A stretch of 28,279 nt of DNA from a virus. Taxonomy: Duplodnaviria; Heunggongvirae; Uroviricota; Caudoviricetes. Positions 15,152 through 23,949 of the stretch are shown here, piece after piece. A model generated the notes under the pieces. That model ran no database searches. It was not told the DNA's origin and was given only the letters and a program-made list of their open reading frames with translations. The position numbers and the translations under genes were made by a program. The stretch is taken from IMG/VR virus record IMGVR_UViG_3300042465_005697, positions 1 to 28,279 of that record, one strand, 5' to 3'. Within the stretch, counting starts at the first letter, position 1. Each line of letters begins with the position of its first letter.

Positions 15152-16120
15152 ATGGGAAGAAGTGATATTAAAATTGGAGATCGTTATGGTATGTTAACTA
15201 TAATAAAAGAAGTGGATCCTACAATCCGTATTGGGGGTAAAGGTTTTAAAAATAGTATTTGGAATGTTAAGTGTTTATGTGATTGTGGTAATAAAACAGT
15301 TGTAAAATTTAGTAATCTTAAAAAAAGCATTAAGAGAGGTACGACCCCATCTTGTGGATGTAAGAAATTTTTTAGTAGATCTAAATTAGAAGGTTTTGAA
15401 CGTGACGAGACAATTGTTAATATGTCAAAAGAAGAAAGAAAAGAAGTGGTAAAGAAAATGATATTGGAAGGTTGTAATAATAAACAAATTTCTTTAATGT
15501 CGGGACGTTCTGAAGGTTTTATTTCATTAATAAGAAAAGAATTAGGTTTGGGTAAGTTTATTGTTGATAGAGAAATTCAAATTGGTAAAAAATTTGGACT
15601 ATTAACAATTATTGATATTGACATAAACAATACTGAAAGATACAAAAAGGTTTTATGTGACTGTGATTGTGGTACAAAAAATAAATCAATTAAATATGGT
15701 AATTTAAAAAAAGGTGTTACAGTATCTTGTGGTTGTTATGTTAGATCATTAGCAAAGAAAATGATGGTGGAAAGTATATTACCTACTATGTTAACTCACG
15801 GAGATTCAAAGGTAGATTCAAAACATCATTATATTTATGATTTATACACAAGTGCAAAACAAAGATGTTATAACCCCAATAATAAAAGGTACTCAACCTA
15901 TGGTAAATTGGGTATAACAATGTATGATGAGTGGATAAATAATTACCCATTATTTAAAGAATATATATTAACTAATCTTGGTGAAAGACCTGTAGGTAAA
16001 TCTAATAATAAGGTTGATTGTTACTCTATTGATAGGATTAATGTAACAAAAGGTTATGAACCTGAAAATCTTAGATGGGCAACATTTATAGAACAAGCGA
16101 ATAATAAACATAAGTCATAA
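15152..16120 (+). CDS. HNH-like free-standing endonuclease / DNA-binding protein
   Basis: Two G(D/K)xxGxLT...C(L/D)CDCG...SCGC modules; C-terminal HG...RCYNP...Y...SIDRI...GYEPENLRWAT..EQANN. Confidence 0.75.
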   Translation: MGRSDIKIGDRYGMLTIIKEVDPTIRIGGKGFKNSIWNVKCLCDCGNKTVVKFSNLKKSIKRGTTPSCGCKKFFSRSKLEGFERDETIVNMSKEERKEVVKKMILEGCNNKQISLMSGRSEGFISLIRKELGLGKFIVDREIQIGKKFGLLTIIDIDINNTERYKKVLCDCDCGTKNKSIKYGNLKKGVTVSCGCYVRSLAKKMMVESILPTMLTHGDSKVDSKHHYIYDLYTSAKQRCYNPNNKRYSTYGKLGITMYDEWINNYPLFKEYILTNLGERPVGKSNNKVDCYSIDRINVTKGYEPENLRWATFIEQANNKHKS

Positions 16121-16140
16121 CACGACCCCCTCTTTTAATT

Positions 16141-16171
16141 AACCCCCATTTTAAACAGGTGGGGTTTTTTT
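16141..16171 (+). terminator. intrinsic terminator
   Basis: ACCCC...GGGGT then T run. Confidence 0.75.
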
Positions 16172-16299
16172 ATAATCTGTAAAATAAAATCCTTCTAATC
16201 TGTAAAGTGAACCCCCCTCTTTTAATTTATACCTCATTATAGAAAAATAAATTTTCAGAAATTTTTGATAAAATTGGGGATTATGTTTATTATTACATT

Positions 16300-16572
16300 A
16301 TGGAGAATGGAATTGTGATTGAGTATGAGGTTAGGGAAGATGGGAGGATGTATTTGGATCTTAAGAGTTTGGTTCCAAAAATTAAGAATGGTAAACACGT
16401 TAAATACCCCGAACTACTATCGGTTATGACTGGGGCCTTGGGTATGGTTATTAGAATGTCTGGTGAACACGGACATAAAACTGAGGGTGAAGTCTTCAGG
16501 GATGTTATGAATCACCTTACAGATGAATTTGTGAACCCCGATTCATTTAAGGACTTGGATATAAAACGATAA
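16300..16572 (+). CDS. hypothetical protein
   Basis: 90-aa ORF. Confidence 0.75.
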   Translation: MENGIVIEYEVREDGRMYLDLKSLVPKIKNGKHVKYPELLSVMTGALGMVIRMSGEHGHKTEGEVFRDVMNHLTDEFVNPDSFKDLDIKR

Positions 16573-16592
16573 TATCCGTATATTTATCTAAT

Positions 16593-16982
16593 ATGAAAAA
16601 CGTTATTAAAGAAATCCTTAAAAGAACATTAGAGAACAAGACATATGAATCTTCATTTGAAGATGAGGTTGATAGTTGGGGTGGGGAAAGTGATTATGAG
16701 GAATATTCATTTAAGTATTACATTGAGATTGGAAAGGTAGTTGGTAAGGGTGGCGACACCGTTGCTGGAATCAATGTGGTTATTACAGATATTGATAGAG
16801 ATGGTGATGATTATTATTATGATTGGGTTGAATCTGATTATAGTGAAAACACTTGGTATATTGATAAACTGTCGGATATCGTATATAACGAAATATTATC
16901 TATGTATCCATTCTCCATTGTTCCCACTTTCTATGGTTATGATGAATATGATAATTTATCTGACAATCAAAAACATCTATAA
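16593..16982 (+). CDS. acidic hypothetical, degenerate class A tag
   Basis: TATTTATC 4 nt upstream; MKNVIKEILKRTLE. Confidence 0.8.
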   Translation: MKNVIKEILKRTLENKTYESSFEDEVDSWGGESDYEEYSFKYYIEIGKVVGKGGDTVAGINVVITDIDRDGDDYYYDWVESDYSENTWYIDKLSDIVYNEILSMYPFSIVPTFYGYDEYDNLSDNQKHL

Positions 16983-17015
16983 TTAACTTTTTATTTTATC
17001 ATATATTTATTGTAT

Positions 17016-17312
17016 ATGAAATTTATTATCACCGAAAATCAAAATGTTTTGTTAAGACGATATCAAGTGGTTAAAGATGAGGTATTAAAACAAATGAATA
17101 TTTATAACCCTTGTTATTACAATGATTATTTTGATTTTAATAAATACAAATCGGATATGATACATTCCTCAATTAATGAGGTTGTGGGTGATTTGGGTAT
17201 TGACGAAAGATCATTGGATCATTTCAGGAATGAATTATCGTCTAACTTAAATGGTATCATTAGAAGATACTATAATAAATATCTTAAGGAGAACTGTCGT
17301 CCAAGATGGTAA
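17016..17312 (+). CDS. RR/PCxY family, class C tag
   Basis: TATTTATT 4 nt upstream; MKFIITENQNVLLRR...NPCYY. Confidence 0.85.
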   Translation: MKFIITENQNVLLRRYQVVKDEVLKQMNIYNPCYYNDYFDFNKYKSDMIHSSINEVVGDLGIDERSLDHFRNELSSNLNGIIRRYYNKYLKENCRPRW

Positions 17313-17339
17313 TTATATGTGGGGGTATATTTATCTAAT

Positions 17340-17720
17340 ATGAAAAACATCATTAAACAAATACTTACGGAAACTGTGATGGATAAACTCATTAGTGATG
17401 TATTCCCCCAACTTAATGATTTAAAAACCAAATCCAATCATAACGCAACAATATATGGTATAAACACGGTTTATTACAACAAAGATGATAAGGAATATTA
17501 CTTTAGGGTTTCTGAACCAAGAAATCAATGGGTTATGAATTGGGATACTGATAAAGTTGATGATAAAATGAGGCCAAAGACATTATGGGTTAATGGTGGG
17601 GTTTATGATGAAATATTAAATTATCTTCCCAATAAGGATATGATTTTAAAATGGTTTAATGAGAAGTATAATCAGGATGCTGAAATAATTATCCGTAGAT
17701 CCCCACTTAAAGGTAGATAA
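17340..17720 (+). CDS. hypothetical, class A tag
   Basis: TATTTATC 4 nt upstream; MKNIIKQILTE; ILKWFNEKY. Confidence 0.8.
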   Translation: MKNIIKQILTETVMDKLISDVFPQLNDLKTKSNHNATIYGINTVYYNKDDKEYYFRVSEPRNQWVMNWDTDKVDDKMRPKTLWVNGGVYDEILNYLPNKDMILKWFNEKYNQDAEIIIRRSPLKGR

Positions 17721-17746
17721 ACATATATTTATAACTAAAAGATAGT

Positions 17747-17995
17747 ATGAAAAAAATTATAAAACTTACAGAATCAGATTTAACAAGGATTGTTAAACGT
17801 GTGTTAAAGGAAAGTTTTATGGAAGAAAGGGATTATGATTACATTATGGAAATCTTGTCAAACGACGGACTACATCCCAATCATGGGTGGTTTGATGAAT
17901 TTGAGAATTCAAGGTTCTATGATGAAGATATGACTGACGACAAATATGCCGAATCAATATATGATTTTATAATTCACGGAGATAACGAATATTAA
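17747..17995 (+). CDS. acidic hypothetical, class B tag
   Basis: TATTTATA at 17726; MKKIIKLTESDLTRIVKRVLKES. Confidence 0.85.
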   Translation: MKKIIKLTESDLTRIVKRVLKESFMEERDYDYIMEILSNDGLHPNHGWFDEFENSRFYDEDMTDDKYAESIYDFIIHGDNEY

Positions 17996-18000
17996 TTATT

Positions 18001-18027
18001 AACCCCACCTCATCAGTGGGTTTTTTT
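18001..18027 (+). terminator. intrinsic terminator
   Basis: CCCAC-ctcatca-GTGGG then T7. Confidence 0.75.
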
Positions 18028-18049
18028 GTTTTCCATATATTTATTGTAT

Positions 18050-18412
18050 ATGAAATTTATTATCACGGAGAGTCAGTCATTAAGAATGGGTAGGTTTATT
18101 ACTGAAGAGAATATTCCCACCGAAACTGACTACTTACATTGGAAGTTACCAAAAAAATTAATTGATGAATTGGGAATTGAATTATGGGATGATGGTGACT
18201 CGGCTTATATTGAGGAGATTCATTTTGACACAAGGAGGGTTTTTATTATGTTATTCCGCAATACCGATGGTATGGAAGAACTGTACGATCACGTTCCCAC
18301 CATACCAGGAGATTTTAAGGATAGTTATTTGATTCGTATTGATGATCTACCACAAAGTGTTAAAAACTTTATTTCAAGAAGATTAAAATATGATTATGCT
18401 AAACACCTATAA
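18050..18412 (+). CDS. hypothetical, class C tag
   Basis: TATTTATT 4 nt upstream; MKFIITESQ. Confidence 0.85.
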   Translation: MKFIITESQSLRMGRFITEENIPTETDYLHWKLPKKLIDELGIELWDDGDSAYIEEIHFDTRRVFIMLFRNTDGMEELYDHVPTIPGDFKDSYLIRIDDLPQSVKNFISRRLKYDYAKHL

Positions 18413-18415
18413 GAT

Positions 18416-18751
18416 ATGAAAGTTATTATAACCGAATCACAATTTAATGACCTGTTCTTTAAACGGAGGTTTGCCCAAATTAATTCACTTGTTGAGGAAA
18501 AGATGGTTTATTACCCCCCTTGTGATTATACCTATGATCCGTATTATGGTTTTCACGAGTACTATGGTGATGTTCGTAACGCAGTTATTTACAATTTCAT
18601 TACTGAAAATATTCGGTTAGATTGGGAAGAAGGTAATATGAGTAAGATTGAAGATCTATCTGAAACTATGAATGAATGGATGTATGAAATATTCTATGAT
18701 AAGGTTAGGGGATATTTTGATGGGGTTATGGAAAAAGGTTGTGAAGAATAA
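18416..18751 (+). CDS. RR/PCDY family, class C tag
   Basis: MKVIITESQ...FKRR...PPCDY. Confidence 0.85.
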   Translation: MKVIITESQFNDLFFKRRFAQINSLVEEKMVYYPPCDYTYDPYYGFHEYYGDVRNAVIYNFITENIRLDWEEGNMSKIEDLSETMNEWMYEIFYDKVRGYFDGVMEKGCEE

Positions 18752-18776
18752 TATTTAATGTTATATTTATAATCAT

Positions 18777-19103
18777 ATGAAAATCATTATCACAGAAAAC
18801 CAAAACTATATTCTTAGACGACTTCAACAATTTATTGAGATTGTTGAAGATCGGATTTTTGAGTATGGAAGAGAAGATAATCCTTGGTGGTGTTCGGCTT
18901 TTTATACTCCCGACATATTTTTTAATAGTTTTAGATCTAATTCTATTGAAGATTTTATTAATCAGAATTGGGATTTCTTTCACAATGATTCTGAAATGGG
19001 TGGTTCCGATATGGATATTTCTATTTTGGATGATTTCATTGAAAACAACTACGGTAACCATCTAAGAAATCTTTGGGTGAGTAGGTGTCAAACCAAACGA
19101 TGA
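18777..19103 (+). CDS. RR family, class C tag
   Basis: TATTTATA 5 nt upstream; MKIIITENQNYILRR...WCSAF...YGNHLRNLWVSRC. Confidence 0.85.
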   Translation: MKIIITENQNYILRRLQQFIEIVEDRIFEYGREDNPWWCSAFYTPDIFFNSFRSNSIEDFINQNWDFFHNDSEMGGSDMDISILDDFIENNYGNHLRNLWVSRCQTKR

Positions 19104-19168
19104 TTTAAATTCTTCCTTTTTTATTGGCGCCGGAATTCCGACTTCGTCGGTTAATTTTCCACACTAAA

Positions 19169-19426
19169 TTATTTTATATACTTATAACCCTCTTTTAGTT
19201 GTTGGTTAAATTCTCCTGAGATCAATCTCATCATATCGGTTTTAATAAATCCTATCTGTGGGTTTTTATGTCTGAATATTAACGTAGATCTATGTATTAC
19301 CCACGATTCATACTGTCCAAAATTTCTCGGAGGTGGAGATCCGTCCTCATTTACAAACACATATATAATTGAATCCTTCACATAACCCTCCAACTCTGGT
19401 AATCTTCTTTTAAGGTCTTTATTCAT
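19169..19426 (-). CDS. RR-family-like protein, untagged, inverted
   Basis: Start moved to MNKDLKRRLPELE; TATTTAC upstream on minus strand. Confidence 0.6.
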   Translation of the reverse strand: MNKDLKRRLPELEGYVKDSIIYVFVNEDGSPPPRNFGQYESWVIHRSTLIFRHKNPQIGFIKTDMMRLISGEFNQQLKEGYKYIK

Positions 19427-19456
19427 ATTTGTAAATATAGTTATATTTATTGATAT

Positions 19457-19759
19457 ATGAAAATCATTATTACTGAAACCCAAGATAAACAAATTCGTTC
19501 ATTTATACGACGAATTGGTATTGCAGATGAAATTATTTCTAAATTGAACCCTAAAGACATTTGTAAATATTGGGACAATACCGAAAATGATGCGTTACAT
19601 TTTTCTGACGATATAATTGTGGGTATAGTTTGGGAAATTAATGATACCCTTAATATTAATTCGTACCACAATAAGGATCTATATAAATTTTTTGAGGATA
19701 TTGGTTATTACGACAAACTAATAAAATTTTTTCATAAATCTTTTGAATCATGCGAATAA
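19457..19759 (+). CDS. RR family, class C tag
   Basis: TATTTATT 5 nt upstream; MKIIITETQ...FIRR...DICKY. Confidence 0.85.
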   Translation: MKIIITETQDKQIRSFIRRIGIADEIISKLNPKDICKYWDNTENDALHFSDDIIVGIVWEINDTLNINSYHNKDLYKFFEDIGYYDKLIKFFHKSFESCE

Positions 19760-20073
19760 TCATAACCGAAACCCAAAAAGAATTATTGGATTATAATAGG
19801 TTATCTAACTGCGTTAAACGAAGATTGGAGCTTAATGTTCTTGATGAAACGGTTATATCTATTATGGACGAACTACCTGTTTCTAGATTCTCATTATCAA
19901 ATTTTGTTGATACGATAATAGATTACCTATATGAAAAACTTGAAACAATAAGTAATTTTGAAATATGTTGGGGAGATGAATCATATTACCAATTTTCAAC
20001 ATCAATTAAACGATTTTTAACCTCAAGATATGAGGACACAATAACAAAATATTATAAAACCTATTATGTTTGA
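19750..20073 (+). CDS. RR family, class C tag
   Basis: MRIIITETQ...VKRR. Confidence 0.8.
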   Translation: MRIIITETQKELLDYNRLSNCVKRRLELNVLDETVISIMDELPVSRFSLSNFVDTIIDYLYEKLETISNFEICWGDESYYQFSTSIKRFLTSRYEDTITKYYKTYYV

Positions 20074-20380
20074 TAGTCAAAATTTCTTCATTAGAAGATT
20101 ACCCAGTATTATTAATTATGTTGAATTGGACATTGAAGAGGTTGAATCCGATGAAAATGGACATAATATGTGTAGTTATTACACTATTGATAGTTTTGTT
20201 TATTCTTTTGTTCAGACAACGATGGATAAATTTGCTGACGATAACGTCCAATTCTTTAATAATCGTGATGGTATGGTGAGATTTACAGATGAAGAAAAGG
20301 AATTCTTTGTTAACATCATAAATAAAAACTACGGAAACTACCTTAGAAATTTATATGTTAGGTTGTGTGGGCATAAATAA
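20066..20380 (+). CDS. RR family, truncated tag
   Basis: MFDSQNFFIRR...MCSYY...YGNYLRNLYVRLC; paralog of 18777. Confidence 0.8.
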   Translation: MFDSQNFFIRRLPSIINYVELDIEEVESDENGHNMCSYYTIDSFVYSFVQTTMDKFADDNVQFFNNRDGMVRFTDEEKEFFVNIINKNYGNYLRNLYVRLCGHK

Positions 20381-20403
20381 ATTATATTGTATATTTATCA
20401 AAT

Positions 20404-20892
20404 ATGTCTTACCCAATTAAATCTATTGAAAAAATCTTTAACACTCTTGGTCACCATAAGATTAAGGATTTATATGGTCTTGATTTAACTTTTAATATTG
20501 TTGATATTGAGGTACTTTCCAATATAATAAATATTAAAGTTAATTTTATTGGAGATTTACCCTATATATTTAGGAATCTAAGTGTTGGTGATGATGAGTG
20601 GAGTATAACTAGGTACCATGACCGTCAACATATTACAAAGATATTGGGAGATATTTTAAAATATGTTGGTATAAACAATGGTTTTGTTAGTATGGAATAT
20701 GAACCTAACACCAACGAATGTTCTAAAACGGGATATTTAACTGGTGTCGGTTGGACTATATGTCTTGATAATGGAATGTTGGATCCATTCATGCCCGATA
20801 GACGTAAATTATTAAGTAATGCAATCTCAGGTAGATGGTGGGATAGTTTATCAACAAAAGATAAAAAGATGTTAAAATCTAATTTTGGATAA
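20404..20892 (+). CDS. hypothetical protein
   Basis: TATTTATC 4 nt upstream; 162 aa. Confidence 0.8.
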   Translation: MSYPIKSIEKIFNTLGHHKIKDLYGLDLTFNIVDIEVLSNIINIKVNFIGDLPYIFRNLSVGDDEWSITRYHDRQHITKILGDILKYVGINNGFVSMEYEPNTNECSKTGYLTGVGWTICLDNGMLDPFMPDRRKLLSNAISGRWWDSLSTKDKKMLKSNFG

Positions 20893-21503
20893 TGAAAATA
20901 ATAATAACTGAATCTCAAAAAGATAAATTATTTAACATCTTTAATAAGTTGTTAAATGATCTTATGGATAACATTAAGGTTGATTCTGAAGATTGGGGAT
21001 TGGGTGAGATGGACGAATTGGATGAGGTTAATTCTGTCGATCATATTGGCGTTGATAGAGTTGTTACCTTTGATGGTATTAAGGTTTATGTTAATCTATA
21101 TGTTAACAAGGAAAGGGATAGTTGGGATAATGTTTGGTCGGAGATTCAATATAGAGTTAATCAACATATACCCCACGCAAAGATTGTTTTAAACGATGTT
21201 ATTGTTGAACAGGAGATGGGATCTTTAAATGAATCTAAAGATAGAAACTTTATTAATCGCAGGATTCATTTAATTGATGACGAATTTAATAGGTCAATTG
21301 ATTTATTTAATCCGAGAGACTTTTTTGATTTTGATGACTACCAATTTTCATTGGTTAATTCCTCAATACATCGGGCAATGGCAGATAAAAAATCTTTTGG
21401 TATTACAAAGAAAGATAATCAATGGATTCCCACTTATGAACTTTTCCGTGATTATTTAAGGGATAAATATATTGATGAAATGAAAAAAAGATTTTATTTG
21501 TAA
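20892..21503 (+). CDS. two-domain protein, class C tag, internal LNES then RR domain
   Basis: MKIIITESQ...GSLNESKDRNFINRR. Confidence 0.85.
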   Translation: MKIIITESQKDKLFNIFNKLLNDLMDNIKVDSEDWGLGEMDELDEVNSVDHIGVDRVVTFDGIKVYVNLYVNKERDSWDNVWSEIQYRVNQHIPHAKIVLNDVIVEQEMGSLNESKDRNFINRRIHLIDDEFNRSIDLFNPRDFFDFDDYQFSLVNSSIHRAMADKKSFGITKKDNQWIPTYELFRDYLRDKYIDEMKKRFYL

Positions 21504-21519
21504 ATAATGATTTAAGAAA

Positions 21520-21864
21520 ATGAAAATAATAATAACTGAATCTCAAAATAAACTTCTATGGTTACGTAGAAGATTAGGTGTTCCTGAAATAATGGATACC
21601 TTAAAGGATATTGTTATTGAGGGTTTTGATTATACCGATCCTTGTGATTATGAAACTTATTATAGTTATGAAACTAACGTGGCAAATGATTCTGCAATAA
21701 CATTTATTAATTCATATATTGAACTTTATGGTGAAGAACATTTTGATTCAACTGAACTTGAGGGTTTTGTTCGTGAATTAGTTATTAGTAAGTACCGTCA
21801 CTTAATTAAAGGAGAATGGAGGAATCGTAATTGTAATGATGATGAATATGAATCGGATTATTAA
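21520..21864 (+). CDS. RR/PCDY family, class C tag
   Basis: MKIIITESQNKLLWLRRR...DPCDY. Confidence 0.85.
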   Translation: MKIIITESQNKLLWLRRRLGVPEIMDTLKDIVIEGFDYTDPCDYETYYSYETNVANDSAITFINSYIELYGEEHFDSTELEGFVRELVISKYRHLIKGEWRNRNCNDDEYESDY

Positions 21865-21877
21865 CTATTTATAAAAT

Positions 21878-22249
21878 ATGAAAATTATTATCACCGAAAA
21901 TAAGATTGAATTGGCAATTATTAAGTATCTAAACACTCATTATAATGTTGATGAGATTCATTCTAACCCATTTCACGATGATTATGGTGATCCTACAGAT
22001 GATGCAATAGAATATTATAATGGAGACTATTTTGAGGATGACTACGGACCTTTCACATTATATAAGGAGTCTTATTGGGTAAATGATGATGATCCTAAAA
22101 AGGAATTATCACCATTATTAATAATTGAGGACGAGAGTTTTTATCAGAGTCTTAACTCTATGTTTGGACCATATTGGGAACCCGTATTTAAGAAGTGGTT
22201 TGAAGATAATTTTGGTGAAAAAATAAAAACTATTGAACTCACCCGTTAA
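21878..22249 (+). CDS. acidic hypothetical, class C tag
   Basis: TATTTATA 4 nt upstream; MKIIITENK...FKKWFEDNFG. Confidence 0.85.
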   Translation: MKIIITENKIELAIIKYLNTHYNVDEIHSNPFHDDYGDPTDDAIEYYNGDYFEDDYGPFTLYKESYWVNDDDPKKELSPLLIIEDESFYQSLNSMFGPYWEPVFKKWFEDNFGEKIKTIELTR

Positions 22250-22256
22250 AATTGTT

Positions 22257-22451
22257 ATGGAAATCATTATAACCGAACAACAATATAGATCACTAAATGA
22301 GATGATTAACCTTGATATTAAGGTTGGTGATACATTGTTGGGTGGTAAATTTAAAAACAAGAAGGTTGTTGTTAAAAAAATCGGAAAAAATGATAAGGGG
22401 GATATTACAATTAACGGAAAACCGTTATTAAGGTTTAGAATAATTTCTTAA
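22257..22451 (+). CDS. small basic beta-rich domain, class C tag
   Basis: Start moved to MEIIITEQQ; LDIKVGDTLLGGKFKNKKVVVK. Confidence 0.75.
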   Translation: MEIIITEQQYRSLNEMINLDIKVGDTLLGGKFKNKKVVVKKIGKNDKGDITINGKPLLRFRIIS

Positions 22452-22477
22452 AACATAATTAATAGAAAATATTTTAC

Positions 22478-22485
22478 TATCTTTG
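22478..22485 (+). promoter_or_regulatory. Bacteroidota -7 box
   Basis: TATCTTTG 7 nt before ATG 22493. Confidence 0.7.
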
Positions 22486-22492
22486 GAATGTT

Positions 22493-22807
22493 ATGGAAAA
22501 ACACTTCAAAATAATCTTATCTAAATTGTTATCGTATTCGTCTGTTGGGAAAGTTCGCACCATTACCGTACCTCATATTGCTTTTTTTAATAAAAATGAT
22601 GAAGTAGTTATGGTTTATAATATAAACACCCAAACAATGGTCTTAAAGACTGATTATATTATCACATTAAGACATATTTTAGGGTTGGAAAAGATAACAC
22701 CACATATTAACAACATCCAAAATCATTTAATTGTAACCTTTCCAACACTAATTATTAATACGTGGTTCTCAGCAATCTATTTAAATTCTAACACTTCCAT
22801 TCGTTGA
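22493..22807 (+). CDS. hypothetical protein
   Basis: 104 aa; weakly similar to the C-terminal domain of 293. Confidence 0.7.
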   Translation: MEKHFKIILSKLLSYSSVGKVRTITVPHIAFFNKNDEVVMVYNINTQTMVLKTDYIITLRHILGLEKITPHINNIQNHLIVTFPTLIINTWFSAIYLNSNTSIR

Positions 22808-22832
22808 CAATCCACAAAAAAAATCATATAAT
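22804..22832 (+). promoter_or_regulatory. perfect sigma70-type promoter
   Basis: TTGACA-N17-TATAAT, 6 nt before ATG 22839. Confidence 0.75.
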
Positions 22833-22838
22833 TTTATT

Positions 22839-23306
22839 ATGACTTTAAATGAAAAACAACTTAGAAAAATAAAAATAACCTTGGAGATATTCAGATCTCA
22901 AATTGGATTATATAATAAGTTAAAAGATGATGGGCAATCCTTGGATGAATTTATATCCTTAAATAGGAACCCATTCTTTGATTTAACAACTAATAAATTC
23001 TTTAAGACGGGATTGGTGTCCAATGAGGTTAAACGATTAAACCTAACACCTAAAAACGTGGTTCACGACCATTTTATTCAGAGAAAGAAGTCAATGAAAT
23101 TATTTTTTGATCAGTTAATTCAAAATCCAAATATGGATGTTAATCAATTCATTGATTTTATGAAAAAATACGTATCAACCGTTGGGTTAACAAAGGAAGA
23201 ACATATGAAGGTAACGATGTTGGCAAAGAATAACGACGAATACAATTTTAACCTATATACCGAATGTGATATTATTATTGATGGTATGGATAAATTTGTT
23301 ATCTAA
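22839..23306 (+). CDS. hypothetical, possible His-Me finger-like nuclease
   Basis: VVHDHFIQR...STVGLTKEEH; resemblance only. Confidence 0.6.
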   Translation: MTLNEKQLRKIKITLEIFRSQIGLYNKLKDDGQSLDEFISLNRNPFFDLTTNKFFKTGLVSNEVKRLNLTPKNVVHDHFIQRKKSMKLFFDQLIQNPNMDVNQFIDFMKKYVSTVGLTKEEHMKVTMLAKNNDEYNFNLYTECDIIIDGMDKFVI

Positions 23307-23376
23307 AAATCTTCTTTTCTTAATAACACCATCTTTGTTGTATTTATAAGGAAAATAAATAGATTATATTTTAATT

Positions 23377-23556
23377 ATGGATAATTCACAAAAAGCCGAA
23401 AGGTACAATCAACTAATGTATGAGTACACTAGATTACAAAACCAAGTTTCCTCAATAAAAGGGGAATCAATAAATTTGGATCAAAAACAAGTCAATGATA
23501 TTAAAAACCTTGAGAATAAGATGAGGTTTATAATGGAATCGGCTTCTAAACTCTAA
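23377..23556 (+). CDS. 59-aa coiled-coil protein (not in track)
   Basis: MDNSQKAERYNQLMYEYTRLQNQV...ASKL; TATTTATA at 23341; terminator follows. Confidence 0.75.
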   Translation: MDNSQKAERYNQLMYEYTRLQNQVSSIKGESINLDQKQVNDIKNLENKMRFIMESASKL

Positions 23557-23560
23557 TTTT

Positions 23561-23591
23561 AACCCCACTTAATTATATGTGGGGTTTTTTT
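23561..23591 (+). terminator. intrinsic terminator
   Basis: ACCCCAC...GTGGGGT then T run. Confidence 0.8.
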
Positions 23592-23613
23592 ATGTTTATG
23601 ATATTTATATGGT

Positions 23614-23946
23614 ATGAAGAAAAAACTTTATAATTTAATGGATCGGATGTTTAACTTTATACCTGAAGAGGGCAAAGATAACGGTAGATATGATATTTTT
23701 TTTAATGCAGATAAAGAACCATTAATAATTATAGACACTCAAGATAACGATATATCTTTTTCTAACCCCCATATTACCACCGTAATGAGAATTATGGGTA
23801 TTAATGATGCTAAGGAATTATTTGGAAAAAGTGAAGGTGTAGATTTAAATGATTATATACTTGAATGGGCAAAGCAAAGGTTTAAAGGTTATTACGAAAT
23901 AAACGATTGGTATATGTCTGGTGACTTATTGGATTATTTAAATTAA
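23614..23946 (+). CDS. hypothetical protein
   Basis: TATTTATA 4 nt upstream; ILEWAKQRF. Confidence 0.8.
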   Translation: MKKKLYNLMDRMFNFIPEEGKDNGRYDIFFNADKEPLIIIDTQDNDISFSNPHITTVMRIMGINDAKELFGKSEGVDLNDYILEWAKQRFKGYYEINDWYMSGDLLDYLN

Positions 23947-23949
23947 AAT

